DNA of 64,000 nt from Candidatus Hydrogenedentota bacterium (lineage in GTDB: Bacteria > Hydrogenedentota > Hydrogenedentia > Hydrogenedentales > SLHB01), in assembly GCA_963668025.2 (NCBI GenBank), contig CAXXTH010000017.1, positions 128,001-192,000 on the forward strand, read 5' to 3'. Shown here in pieces: positions 40,960 through 50,421 of this stretch (positions are counted from its first letter, which is position 1; the number at the start of each line of letters is the position of its first letter). The notes beneath the pieces are model-generated. The model saw nothing but the letters and a program-made list of their open reading frames with translations, had not been told where the DNA came from and searched no databases. A program made the position numbers and the translations under genes.

Positions 40960-42024
40960 TTACAAGCTTGGCGCAAGGGGAAACGTAATACGGCGGCCCT
41001 CGTGCGCGGATTGATAGGCCCCGAGCACCATTTCAAGCGCCACGCGCCCATCTCGCCCCGTGGCCGGTAGAGGCGTGCCATTGAGCAGGCTATCCACCCA
41101 GGGCCGGGGCACGGCGCAAATGCGTTCGCCATGGCTGGCCGGGCGCGGCACGTCTAAAGGCTCCCAGCAGGTATTGCCATACCGGAAAATTTTCAACGCG
41201 GGGCCTTCTGGGCAAGGAGCGACGTTACAAGAAGGCGCATCCCCGTAATTCTGAATCAACACGCCCTTCTCGCCATAGATTTCCGTGGTGTTCTCCCCCA
41301 CGGACACGACGGAGCTGTTGAATATCGTCCCCATGGAGCCGTCTTCAAAACGGTAAATGGCGATGCCGGTGTCATCTGGCGCGGCATTCGACAAGACTCG
41401 GCCGATCTCCGCCATTACGCTCACCGGCTTGCCAAAAGTCCAATGCATCCAATCCGCGGGATGGGCGGCGTCATCGGCGAACATGCCCAGGTTTTTATCC
41501 GCTTCAAGATGCCAATGGGAAGGGCCGTTGACGAAATTCGGATCGAGCAGCACGCCGATGCAATGGCGGCGGCGGACGGCGATGATCCGGCCAAGCTCGC
41601 CTGATTGGACCAGCTCACGCATACGGATATTGGCAGGGTCATGGCGCATCTGAAACCCGAGGGCAAGGCGCACGCCCGCGTGCTCCGCCGCCTTGATCAT
41701 GCGGTTGCAATCCGCTAGATTCAGCGCCATGGGCTTCTGGCATAGAATGTCTTTACCGGCTTCAGCAGCAGCGATGCACCATTCCGCATGGCGGGACGTT
41801 TCCGAGCCAATAATCACGGCCTGGACGCCAGGATCTCCGAGGATGTCTTCGGCATGGGGCGTATACCGCATGCCGGTTTCCTCGCAGATGGGTTGGCCCC
41901 GTTCCGGTTTATCGTCGTATCCGGCAACGAGCCGCACATCCTCGAATCCGCGCATCACCCTTGCATAAGCCGCTACATGGCCGTGGGCAAAACTCAAAAA
42001 TCCGATGCCGATAGGCGCGTTCAT
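40960..42024 (-). CDS. Gfo/Idh/MocA oxidoreductase
   Basis: SFAHGH, CQKPMA, GFQMRH, HPAD. Confidence 0.88.
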   Translation of the reverse strand: MNAPIGIGFLSFAHGHVAAYARVMRGFEDVRLVAGYDDKPERGQPICEETGMRYTPHAEDILGDPGVQAVIIGSETSRHAEWCIAAAEAGKDILCQKPMALNLADCNRMIKAAEHAGVRLALGFQMRHDPANIRMRELVQSGELGRIIAVRRRHCIGVLLDPNFVNGPSHWHLEADKNLGMFADDAAHPADWMHWTFGKPVSVMAEIGRVLSNAAPDDTGIAIYRFEDGSMGTIFNSSVVSVGENTTEIYGEKGVLIQNYGDAPSCNVAPCPEGPALKIFRYGNTCWEPLDVPRPASHGERICAVPRPWVDSLLNGTPLPATGRDGRVALEMVLGAYQSAHEGRRITFPLAPSL

Positions 42025-42115
42025 GGCTGCCTCCCTGTTTCGTTTCCCATTTTGTGAAGCGACATTGTACCATGAGGCGTCTATCCGCGAGGCAAGTTTT
42101 GAAAGGAGCCTATGC

Positions 42116-42577
42116 ATGGCCGAAAAAGGGCACTATACCTACGATTATCCACGGCCCATGGTTACAGTGGACGCCATCATCTTCTCGGAGCAAAACGGCG
42201 AATGGCATGTCCTGTTGATCCAACGCAGGTATGATCCGTATGCGGGATGCTGGGCGTTGCCAGGCGGCTTCGTCGAAATGGACGAGCCCCTCGAAGCCGC
42301 CGCCGCACGTGAGTTATTCGAAGAAGCAGGCGTTTCTGGGATTGCGCTCGAACAAGTGGGGGCGTTTGGCGCACCTGGGCGGGATCCGCGCGGACGCAGC
42401 ATTGGCGTGGCGTTCTGGGGAGTGGCGGTCCAGGAGCAGCATGCGCCCCGGGCGGATGATGACGCGCAAGATGTGGCCTGGTTTCCAGTGGATGCGCTGC
42501 CGCCGCTCGCGTTTGATCATGGAGACATGGTGGCGTGCGCCTTGGCTAAGATGGCGTTGTCTCGAAAAGGAAAGTAA
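42116..42577 (+). CDS. NUDIX hydrolase (ADP-ribose pyrophosphatase-like)
   Basis: WALPGGFVE..AAARELFEEAG Nudix box, RDPR, LAFDH. Confidence 0.92.
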   Translation: MAEKGHYTYDYPRPMVTVDAIIFSEQNGEWHVLLIQRRYDPYAGCWALPGGFVEMDEPLEAAAARELFEEAGVSGIALEQVGAFGAPGRDPRGRSIGVAFWGVAVQEQHAPRADDDAQDVAWFPVDALPPLAFDHGDMVACALAKMALSRKGK

Positions 42578-42607
42578 CCTCCAAATCGCGTTACATGCGC
42601 CGTGCGG

Positions 42608-43105
42608 TTATTTTAACTTCTCCGGCGGAAGTTCACGGAACGGGATGCGCCACATAACCAGCAGATCGCCCGTGTCCGTATCCAGCACTTCGTGGCGTTC
42701 GATAATGGCCCCCGGAATGGGGGCGTATTGCACGCCAGAGCCTGGCAACTGAATCGGCTTGGCCAAATGGGCGGGGTCCACCTCCCATTTCCGCTGGGCA
42801 TACCCATCACCGGCGTCACGCTTCGGGATCCGGTATGTTTTACCAAAATACACCACATTCGGAGGCCCGTCTGGATTGGCCTGGCCCCGGCTCGTAGACT
42901 GGTAATAGACGGCGGACTCCGACGAGGCGTCCGCTTCATGCTCGCGCCGCTTCACCTGGACCGCTTCGACATCTTTGCGATAAAAACGCCGCTCATGGCC
43001 AATCGCATAGGCGCGAATAAGGCCATGGTCGGCCATGGCCGCCGCTTCTTCCTCGCTCACACCCAATGCGGCGGCAAGCTCTTTTTCCGTTAAGAAATCA
43101 CTCAT
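42608..43105 (-). CDS. Excisionase-like (HTH_17) DNA-binding domain fused to an unknown C-terminal domain
   Basis: FLTEKELAAALGVS..GLIRAYAIG..RRFYRKDV. Confidence 0.7.
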   Translation of the reverse strand: MSDFLTEKELAAALGVSEEEAAAMADHGLIRAYAIGHERRFYRKDVEAVQVKRREHEADASSESAVYYQSTSRGQANPDGPPNVVYFGKTYRIPKRDAGDGYAQRKWEVDPAHLAKPIQLPGSGVQYAPIPGAIIERHEVLDTDTGDLLVMWRIPFRELPPEKLK

Positions 43106-43460
43106 GACCAGAGAGCCTTCCATGCAACTAATGCAGTGATGGCAAACGCATACTTCAGCACGCGGAAGTATATCAAGAAAACCATAGGATGAAAAATGGG
43201 CAGTAGTTTGACCAATCGGCGGCAAATGACCTGCGCGGGGCCGGTTCCGCAAGCCGTTTTTTGAAAGAAATGAAGGCCCGCCGCACTCAAAGCGATAGTC
43301 ATAACATGCGAAAATCCATCTTGCATTCAAGGCAAAAAACAAAATGGCATTCTACGTGATGGTTGCCGGATCTTTGATCTTTGAACAACCTTTCGCAAGC
43401 ATGTAGAATAGCCGCACAGGTGCGCATGGCGCATCGAGGATGGAATGACAGAGGCGCGCG

Positions 43461-44816
43461 ATGGAATCCTTCGCAACAAAACAGGTATCAGGCTGGGGGC
43501 GCTACCCATGGAAGACGTGCCATGTCTACCGCCCGGAGAAGCGCCGGAGCGTGCCGGAGATCCTCGGTTCGCACCGCCAGCCCCATTTTATCGCCCGTGG
43601 CCTCGGGCGCAGCTATGGCGATACGGCGGTTAATGAGGACAGCGGCGTCATTGATATGACCCGCCTCAACCGCATGCTGGCATTCGACCCCGCAACAGGG
43701 CTCCTCGAATGCGAGGCGGGCGTGTCGCTCGCGGAAATCCTTGAGGCCTTCGTGCCCCGGGGCTTTTTCTTGCCGGTCACGCCAGGCACCAAGTTCGTGA
43801 CCGTCGGCGGGGCTATCGCCAATGACGTTCATGGCAAGAACCACCACGTGGATGGCACGTTCGGCCAATTCGTCCGGTCATTCACGTTGTTGACGCCCGA
43901 AGGCAGCCCGTTCACTTGTTCGCCGGACGAGCACGCCGACGTGTTCTGGGCGACCATCGGCGGCATCGGGCTCACGGGCGTGATTCTGACCGCAAAAATT
44001 CTATTGCGCCGCATCGAGACGGCCTATTTCTTCGTGGACTACACCCAGTCGCGGCATATTCATGAAACGCTCGAACGTTTCGCTGAAACAGACCAGCGCT
44101 ACCAGTATTCCGTGGCATGGGTGGATTGCCTGGCCAAAGGCGAATCGCTGGGGCGTTCGGTGCTCATGCAAGGCAACCATGCGCCCGGCAACGAACTGCC
44201 CATTAGTATCCGCGAACCATTAAAAATATCCCGGAAGATGGACAAGAACGTCCCCTTCGATCTGCCCGCTTTCGCGTTGAATCCCTGGAGCATCAAGGCG
44301 TTCAACGCCATGTTCTACAATCGCCACCGGACCGTCGAGGGCAAGCTGGTGGATTACGATACCTATTTCTACCCGCTGGACTTTGTCCACAATTGGAACC
44401 GGCTATATGGCCGCCCTGGATTCATTCAATACCAGGCCACGCTCCCGAAAGATAAATCCGCCGGGCTGGTCGAACTGCTCGAACGCCTAAGCGCGTCGAA
44501 CCGGGCGTCGTTTCTGGCGGTGCTCAAAAGCATGGGGCCCGCCAATCCGGGGCTGCTCTCGCACCCCATGGAAGGCTACACGCTTACATTGGACATCCCC
44601 GTCCGCCATGGGTTGGCCGCGTTCATCCAGGAGCTGGATGATCTCGTGCTGTGCAATGAAGGGCGGCTCTATTTGGCCAAGGACGCCATGGCGTCGCCGG
44701 GTGCGATTGCGGCCATGTATCCGCGGCTTGGCGAATTTAAAACGATTCAGCATCGGCTCGATCCCCACGGCGCGCTCTCGTCCAGCATGGCGCGCCGCCT
44801 CGGAATCGTGGATTAG
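43461..44816 (+). CDS. FAD-binding oxidoreductase, DprE1-like
   Basis: SGWGR, RGLGRSYGD, PGTKFVTVGG, HGKNHH, YSVAWVD, YLAKD. Confidence 0.9.
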   Translation: MESFATKQVSGWGRYPWKTCHVYRPEKRRSVPEILGSHRQPHFIARGLGRSYGDTAVNEDSGVIDMTRLNRMLAFDPATGLLECEAGVSLAEILEAFVPRGFFLPVTPGTKFVTVGGAIANDVHGKNHHVDGTFGQFVRSFTLLTPEGSPFTCSPDEHADVFWATIGGIGLTGVILTAKILLRRIETAYFFVDYTQSRHIHETLERFAETDQRYQYSVAWVDCLAKGESLGRSVLMQGNHAPGNELPISIREPLKISRKMDKNVPFDLPAFALNPWSIKAFNAMFYNRHRTVEGKLVDYDTYFYPLDFVHNWNRLYGRPGFIQYQATLPKDKSAGLVELLERLSASNRASFLAVLKSMGPANPGLLSHPMEGYTLTLDIPVRHGLAAFIQELDDLVLCNEGRLYLAKDAMASPGAIAAMYPRLGEFKTIQHRLDPHGALSSSMARRLGIVD

Positions 44817-44828
44817 GCAGGGCATAGC

Positions 44829-45587
44829 ATGGGAACCGGAACGGAGCAACTCGGCGTGGTTATCCTGGGCGCGACTTCCGCTATCGCGCGCGCCATCGCA
44901 CGGCGTTTCGCCGTGGAAGGCTATCCCATCGTACTGGCGGCGCGGGATGTGGAGGAAGCGGAGTTGATCGCCGCTGACTTGCGCGTGCGCCATGAGGCCA
45001 AGGCCTCCGTACTGCCCTTCGACGCCTTTGATACGGCGTCTCATGTGGGATTCGTGGACCTGTGCCGCCAGCGTTTGAGCGGCGAACTTGGCGGTGTTGT
45101 CCTTTGCTTCGGCCATATGGAAGACCAGCAGGCCGCCCAGCGGGATTCCGCCGCAGCCCGGCGCATACTGGACGGAAACTTTTTAGGCGCGGTTTCCATT
45201 CTCGATCACTTCGCCAATTATTTTGAGGCGCGCGGCCGGGGATTCATCGCCGCCCTCTCCTCGGTCGCGGGAGACCGGGGCCGGGCCAGCAATTATTACT
45301 ACGGCGCGGCCAAGGCGGGGCTTTCCACGTACTTACAGGGCTTGCGCAACCGCCTCTACCGTTCGGGCGTGTCCGTGACCACTATCAAGCCCGGCTTTAT
45401 CGACACCAAAATGACTTATGGGCTGGAAGGCTTGTTCCTGGTGGACTCTCCTGAACATGCCGGGGCAGCTATGGCCCGCGCCATCCTTTGCCGGCGCAAC
45501 ATCTCTTATGTGCCCTGGTTTTGGCGCTTCATCATGCTCGCCATCCGGCTTATCCCTGAATGGCATTTTAAGCGCATGCGGCTCTAG
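44829..45587 (+). CDS. SDR oxidoreductase, DprE2-like
   Basis: GATSAIA, SSVAGDRGR, YGAAK, KPGF. Confidence 0.88.
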   Translation: MGTGTEQLGVVILGATSAIARAIARRFAVEGYPIVLAARDVEEAELIAADLRVRHEAKASVLPFDAFDTASHVGFVDLCRQRLSGELGGVVLCFGHMEDQQAAQRDSAAARRILDGNFLGAVSILDHFANYFEARGRGFIAALSSVAGDRGRASNYYYGAAKAGLSTYLQGLRNRLYRSGVSVTTIKPGFIDTKMTYGLEGLFLVDSPEHAGAAMARAILCRRNISYVPWFWRFIMLAIRLIPEWHFKRMRL

Positions 45588-45599
45588 CGCACGGCGGGT

Positions 45600-46268
45600 T
45601 TGATGGCGAAACGCGCTTCTTCGATCAATAAATTGCTCACCGGCCTTTCCGGGCCGCTGGGGGGCGCATTTATTTATCTCCTCGGGCGGACGCTCCGGCT
45701 CATCTGGGTGAATGAACACCACCGCACCGCCATCGACGGCCCGGTCCTATACGCCTTCTGGCATGCGCGCATGGTCACCCTCGCCTTCTCCCACCGCTTT
45801 CGCGGCATCTTAATCATGATCAGTGAGAGCCAGGACGGGGAATTCATCGCACGCCCCATCAAGCAATTGGGTTTCCAGCCAGTGCGGGGCTCGACGACCC
45901 GTAGCGGCATCCGCGCGCTATTCGACATGGTGCGCAGCATCAAGGCTGGCAGAGATGGAGCCATCACGCCCGACGGCCCGAAAGGCCCGCGCCATGTGGC
46001 TCAGATAGGAACAGTCCTTATCGCCCAGCGGGCGGGTGTTCCGGTCATCCCCATCATACCTGCCGTTGAACGCTGCTGGCAGTTGCACAGTTGGGACCGG
46101 TTCATCATTCCGAAGCCGTTCTCTCGAGCCGCCATTCTGCACGGCGCGCCCATCCATGTGCCGAGGAATTGCACGCCCGAGGAACTCGAGGCCAAGCGTA
46201 AAGAGGTGGAAGACGCCATGAACGCCTTAGTGGAAGAGGCGGATAACTTTTTTACCCCACCAGCATGA
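45600..46268 (+). CDS. DUF374 lysophospholipid acyltransferase family (LpxJ-like)
   Basis: AFWH, SESQDGE, VRGS, TPDGPKGP, SWDRF..PKPF. Confidence 0.85.
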   Translation: MMAKRASSINKLLTGLSGPLGGAFIYLLGRTLRLIWVNEHHRTAIDGPVLYAFWHARMVTLAFSHRFRGILIMISESQDGEFIARPIKQLGFQPVRGSTTRSGIRALFDMVRSIKAGRDGAITPDGPKGPRHVAQIGTVLIAQRAGVPVIPIIPAVERCWQLHSWDRFIIPKPFSRAAILHGAPIHVPRNCTPEELEAKRKEVEDAMNALVEEADNFFTPPA

Positions 46269-46280
46269 CAGTGTCGCTTA

Positions 46281-46402
46281 GGAGTCGCGTCAAAATAACT
46301 TACCGATTTTCTCCCACCACTCGGAAAGGAAGCGGTAATTCCTATCGCCATGAAAATTGCGTTGAATGCGAAAAAATAGTCAAGTTATTTTGACGCGCCT
46401 CC
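46281..46402. mobile_element. 122-bp MITE with 21-bp TIRs and TTA target duplication
   Basis: GGAGTCGCGTCAAAATAACTT ... AAGTTATTTTGACGCGCCTCC (20/21), flanked by TTA at 46278-46280 and 46403-46405. Confidence 0.75.
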
Positions 46403-46867
46403 TTAGCCTTCCACCGGCATCTCCGAGGTGCAATTCGGGCAGCGCACCGCCTTAATCGGAATCGTGGAACAACAGAAGGGGCAGTCTTTCGTCGTTGGCT
46501 CCGATGATTCCGCTGGGGCCTTGAATGGCTTCTCGAGCTGGTTTATCCCTTTGATCAGCATGAACACCGCGAATGCGACAATCAAAAAACTGATGATCGC
46601 ATTTATGAATAGCCCATAATTGATGGCCACCGCGCCCGCCGCCTGGGCAGCCGCGAGGGATGCATACGGCCCTGGCGTCGCACCTTGCTTCATCACAAGG
46701 AAAAAATTCGAGAAGTCCACGCCCCCGAGCAGCAGCCCAATAGGCGGCATAATCACATCCGCGACCAGGCTGTTCACGATCTTCCCGAATGCGCCCCCGA
46801 TGATGATCCCGATGGCCATGTCCATCACATTGCCCCGCATGGCGAATTGTTTGAATTCCTTCAGCAT
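46403..46867 (-). CDS. mscL: Large-conductance mechanosensitive channel with C-terminal zinc ribbon
   Basis: [28 protein letters not shown]; CPFC..CPNC tail. Confidence 0.95.
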   Translation of the reverse strand: MLKEFKQFAMRGNVMDMAIGIIIGGAFGKIVNSLVADVIMPPIGLLLGGVDFSNFFLVMKQGATPGPYASLAAAQAAGAVAINYGLFINAIISFLIVAFAVFMLIKGINQLEKPFKAPAESSEPTTKDCPFCCSTIPIKAVRCPNCTSEMPVEG

Positions 46868-46970
46868 GGCGTGCTCCTTTCGGGATTTCTCACTGTTAAT
46901 ATCTGTATAGTATTGATTTGGATGAAGATGAGATCCTATGTTACTTTTCCGATGAAAATCACGGCCTTGA

Positions 46971-47915
46971 ATGATTATAGATCATTCTGCTATCAATTAC
47001 GCTGAAAAAACTGTTACGGTTTGGAGATTCATTTTGGATTTTGTGGTTAAAAATCTTCGGTTAGCTGAACTCATCACGGTTGTCAATGCGAATCGAGAGT
47101 ATTTTAACGAATTTGTGGTTTTTTTACAAAATCATGGGTATGCTACTATTCGCGAATTTATTGCTGAGACTTCTGATGAGAAAGCGGTGGCTGTAATTAA
47201 ATCCTATCTGACATTGCATTCTGAAACACAGTTTTTCGACGGTATTTTTCGACCGTTTCCAGAGGCTAAAGCCCGATGGTATTTCCTGGCATGGATCTTT
47301 CGAGATGCTCCAGCTCAACGGCTTAATCCTCTTATTCTTCATATGCCTGGTGCTTCAAAGCTAGAAAAGCAGACTCACATTCTGAATGAAATAAGAAAAT
47401 TCGTTAATCCTTTGTTTCCAAATGAAAAACAATGGGATTGGTATACACTTGCTGAGATTTTCCTTAACCGACTAGAGGGCAGTAGGCGTTCACTTAAAGG
47501 CAATCTGTTTGAAGGCATCATTCGCAAGATTCTGACCGAGCTTTTTGCAGAGCATAACCTTCACTTACATATTAGCCAAGGTCAGCGTAAGCTAAATGAT
47601 GAAACATATGATATAGAAATTATTGGTGTAAAGGGATCCATTCTAATTCCAGTAAAGACTCGTGAAACAATGGGCGGAGGGCATGCCATGCTCTTCACTC
47701 GAGATATTCACAAATCAATATCTGTTGCTGTTAGCGAAGGGTTCACATGCATTCCTATTATTATAGCAGAATCATGGGGTGGCGATTTATCTGGTCTTGC
47801 GTGCAACAGCTTTATTCATATTCGAGCCAACCCGAATCAAATACATGAAATTGCTCCCTTGCTTATCATGGAATTGGAAAAAAACATCAAACTCTTTGAA
47901 AACATCAATTCTTAA
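46971..47915 (+). CDS. Putative type II restriction endonuclease
   Basis: AT-rich; [24 protein letters not shown] resembles a PD-(D/E)XK core; convergent with an MTase (TTAA stop overlap). Start uncertain. Confidence 0.65.
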   Translation: MIIDHSAINYAEKTVTVWRFILDFVVKNLRLAELITVVNANREYFNEFVVFLQNHGYATIREFIAETSDEKAVAVIKSYLTLHSETQFFDGIFRPFPEAKARWYFLAWIFRDAPAQRLNPLILHMPGASKLEKQTHILNEIRKFVNPLFPNEKQWDWYTLAEIFLNRLEGSRRSLKGNLFEGIIRKILTELFAEHNLHLHISQGQRKLNDETYDIEIIGVKGSILIPVKTRETMGGGHAMLFTRDIHKSISVAVSEGFTCIPIIIAESWGGDLSGLACNSFIHIRANPNQIHEIAPLLIMELEKNIKLFENINS

Positions 47916-48841
47916 CCAAAAGGTAAAGATATTTGGCACTGGCGTACTCGTTCATTGGCCATAACACAATATTCATTTGAACAGTCTACCCCAACATAGT
48001 TTCGGCCAAGTTTTGTCGCAACTAACGCTGTAGTGCCACTCCCCATAAAAGGATCAAGAACTAAGGCTCCTTCTTCGCAGCTAGCCAAAATGCAATTCTC
48101 TACTAATTTTTCAGGAAACACCGCGAAATGGGCTTCTGGAAACTTTGAAAGTGGTATTTCCCAAACAGTCCGTTTGTTACGCCCCTTCGGATGAAATGCT
48201 TGATCCCACCGTGCAGTATGAAGATTTGGATTGCCTGCATTCTTTCCACTTTCTGGTGTCCCATTTCTCTTTCCAAAATGATTACGTCCACCACGCATCT
48301 TCGAATTTTCAGTGAAGGTCACATGTGGTTCCCGAATAGCATCTGCATTAAAGTAATAATCTTTACTCTTCGAAAGCATAAAAACATACTCGTGATCTTG
48401 TGTTGGGCGCGTTTTGACAGATGATGGCATCGCGTTTGTCTTATGCCATATTACATCTGATCGAAGCAACCACCCCTGCTCATCCTGAAGTGCAAGAGCA
48501 ACACGCCAGGGCATTCCCATTAATCGTCCATCGATGTACTTATCCCCCAGATTCAGCCAAAATAAGCCTTGTGGTTTCAAAATCCTTTTACACTCAGAAA
48601 ACACGATCAAGAGGTTTTCCAAATATTCCTTAGGATCGCTCTCTCGACCAATTTGTAAATCTGTCGAATAATCCCTTTGGCTGAAGTAAGGAGGGCTTGT
48701 GACCACCACGTCTACACATTCAGCAGGAAATTTCCTCAATTCAAATCTTGAATCTCCGCAGAAGATTTTCCCGCAAAGCTCTTTCTGTTCGAAGTGATTC
48801 TCCCTATTTATTTCATGTACCCGATTATGCATTGCATCCAT
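47912..48841 (-). CDS. Beta-class DNA methyltransferase, probably N4-cytosine (M.SmaI/M.Cfr9I-like)
   Basis: VTSPPY..RDY..QIG, WLNLGD, PWRVALALQ, HFAVFP, DPFMGSGT. Confidence 0.92.
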   Translation of the reverse strand: MDAMHNRVHEINRENHFEQKELCGKIFCGDSRFELRKFPAECVDVVVTSPPYFSQRDYSTDLQIGRESDPKEYLENLLIVFSECKRILKPQGLFWLNLGDKYIDGRLMGMPWRVALALQDEQGWLLRSDVIWHKTNAMPSSVKTRPTQDHEYVFMLSKSKDYYFNADAIREPHVTFTENSKMRGGRNHFGKRNGTPESGKNAGNPNLHTARWDQAFHPKGRNKRTVWEIPLSKFPEAHFAVFPEKLVENCILASCEEGALVLDPFMGSGTTALVATKLGRNYVGVDCSNEYCVMANERVRQCQISLPFG

Positions 48842-48848
48842 AATTCAT

Positions 48849-49067
48849 CTACCTCTTCTTCTCAAGAGCAAAGAGAATATGGTCTAAGCTCTGCTTTGCA
48901 TACAATCGATATCCGTTTATTGGATGTCGCTGTGGAACCAATTTTCCACTTCTATCCCAATTCCGAAGTGTAGATGTCGAGACTTTTAAATATTCTGCTG
49001 CTTCACTCACAGTAAAATAATCCGCGAATGTTCTTACATTTGGTTTAGATACCGTTTTTTTTCGCAT
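48849..49067 (-). CDS. Small MerR/BldC/Xis-like HTH protein
   Basis: FTVSEAAEYLKVSTSTLRNWDRSGKL..RHPINGYRLY; 7 bp upstream of the MTase. Confidence 0.85.
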   Translation of the reverse strand: MRKKTVSKPNVRTFADYFTVSEAAEYLKVSTSTLRNWDRSGKLVPQRHPINGYRLYAKQSLDHILFALEKKR

Positions 49068-49069
49068 TA

Positions 49070-49138
49070 AGCATACCTAACCTTATCAAACATTGTCAAG
49101 TCTCATATGGTTCAATTATTCATTAATACTTATCAAAC
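49070..49138 (-). promoter_or_regulatory. Candidate promoter/operator of the HTH-MTase unit
   Basis: Minus-strand TTGACA (49094-49099), 18 bp, TATGCT (49070-49075); direct repeat CTTATCAAAC at 49082 and 49129. Confidence 0.4.
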
Positions 49139-49186
49139 CTTAAAAAGACGGCGACTCAATACCTATGAAATAGAATCAACAGATGG

Positions 49187-50233
49187 TTATGTCTCCCGGA
49201 TCACCAGTTCCGGCTGCACCACATACTGAATTATATTGCTGTCTGCGTCGCCATCATTTTCCGGATGTATCAATTGCGTCAAAATGCGCGCCATTTCAGC
49301 GTTGTGGGGATCGACTGTGGTGATGGGCGGTGTGAAATACCGGCTTAGGTCCGTGTTGCCATAACTCACCACGTTGAATTCGCCCGGCACGGACGCCCCT
49401 TGTTCGTGGAGGCGTCCAATGACCTGGATGGCGCTCACGTCGTCGCAACAGAGGACGCCCGTGATGCCGTCATGGCGCAGGGCGCAGGCTTCGATGGCAT
49501 TGGCTCGGGGTAGCGCCATTGCCGGGTGATGGGGCCGCCGGCGTCGCATGATGTCGAGATAGGTCTCGCGCATGAGTTCGAGGACCATATTGCGGCCCGC
49601 CCACACTTCATTTTCGACGAAGGCGACGCCGCCGTTTTTCTGTTCGAGCAGATAACTCATCGCGCGTGCGACGCCCAAGTCGTAGCTCTGCACCACGAAT
49701 CGGAAGTCATTACTCGTCATCGTATGATCGAGCAGCACCACGGGCGAATCCTGTGGCGACAGGCGCGAATAAAACTCCCCTGTCCGCGATTCATCGAACG
49801 TCGGAATGACCACCACCGCCTCGAACCGCTCTTTCAGCATAAAACCCACCAGGCGGATTTCCTCTTGGTAGTCGTTGTAATCGCAATAATGGCGCAATTC
49901 ACGCCCGAGAGCCGCTGCGTGGCGGGACACATGAAAGATAAGGTCTTCGTATTGGATGTTGTAGAAAGGAAATACAAGGCCCCAGATATGCTGCACGGGC
50001 CGCCGATCCGACACAAACGAGCCTTTGCCCGCCTGCTGGACGATATACCCTTCCTCAGCCAGCGTGTGGAGCACCCGCTTAGCCGTCTCACGGGCAACGC
50101 CGAATTTTGCTTGAATCTCGGCGATGGAATTGATGCGCTGCCCCGGCATCAAGCGCAAATGGAGAATATCATCTCGATACCGCTCAAAAAGCTGGCGGTA
50201 CAAAGGAACAGAGGTCACGGTATCATTTTGCAT
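49187..50233 (-). CDS. GntR-HTH plus LacI-type sugar-binding domain regulator (AraR-like)
   Basis: PLYRQL..GVARET..QAGKGSFV; C-terminal PBP fold (PGEFNVVSYGN, PPITTV). Confidence 0.88.
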   Translation of the reverse strand: MQNDTVTSVPLYRQLFERYRDDILHLRLMPGQRINSIAEIQAKFGVARETAKRVLHTLAEEGYIVQQAGKGSFVSDRRPVQHIWGLVFPFYNIQYEDLIFHVSRHAAALGRELRHYCDYNDYQEEIRLVGFMLKERFEAVVVIPTFDESRTGEFYSRLSPQDSPVVLLDHTMTSNDFRFVVQSYDLGVARAMSYLLEQKNGGVAFVENEVWAGRNMVLELMRETYLDIMRRRRPHHPAMALPRANAIEACALRHDGITGVLCCDDVSAIQVIGRLHEQGASVPGEFNVVSYGNTDLSRYFTPPITTVDPHNAEMARILTQLIHPENDGDADSNIIQYVVQPELVIRET

Positions 50234-50279
50234 AAGAATCCATCACAATTCTGACGTATCACATCACATCACAGTGCGT

Positions 50280-50308
50280 ATTGTATATTTATAAGCAGAG
50301 ATTGTCAA
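50280..50308 (-). promoter_or_regulatory. Sigma70 promoter of the GntR regulator
   Basis: Minus-strand TTGACA (50303-50308), 17 bp, TACAAT (50280-50285). Confidence 0.65.
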
Positions 50309-50421
50309 TGGGCGGAAGTCCTCCCATGACCAATACGAGTAAGATCCTTTTTCTAAAAAAGAAGAAGACGTATAATTGTTCCTAAGATAAATGTGTATAG
50401 CCAATGGGGGAATTTGCCGGA

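Noticed and set aside
42608-49067. Prophage or ICE suggested by two excisionase-like HTH genes
   Set aside because: No integrase, att repeats, phage or conjugation genes; the intervening genes are housekeeping.
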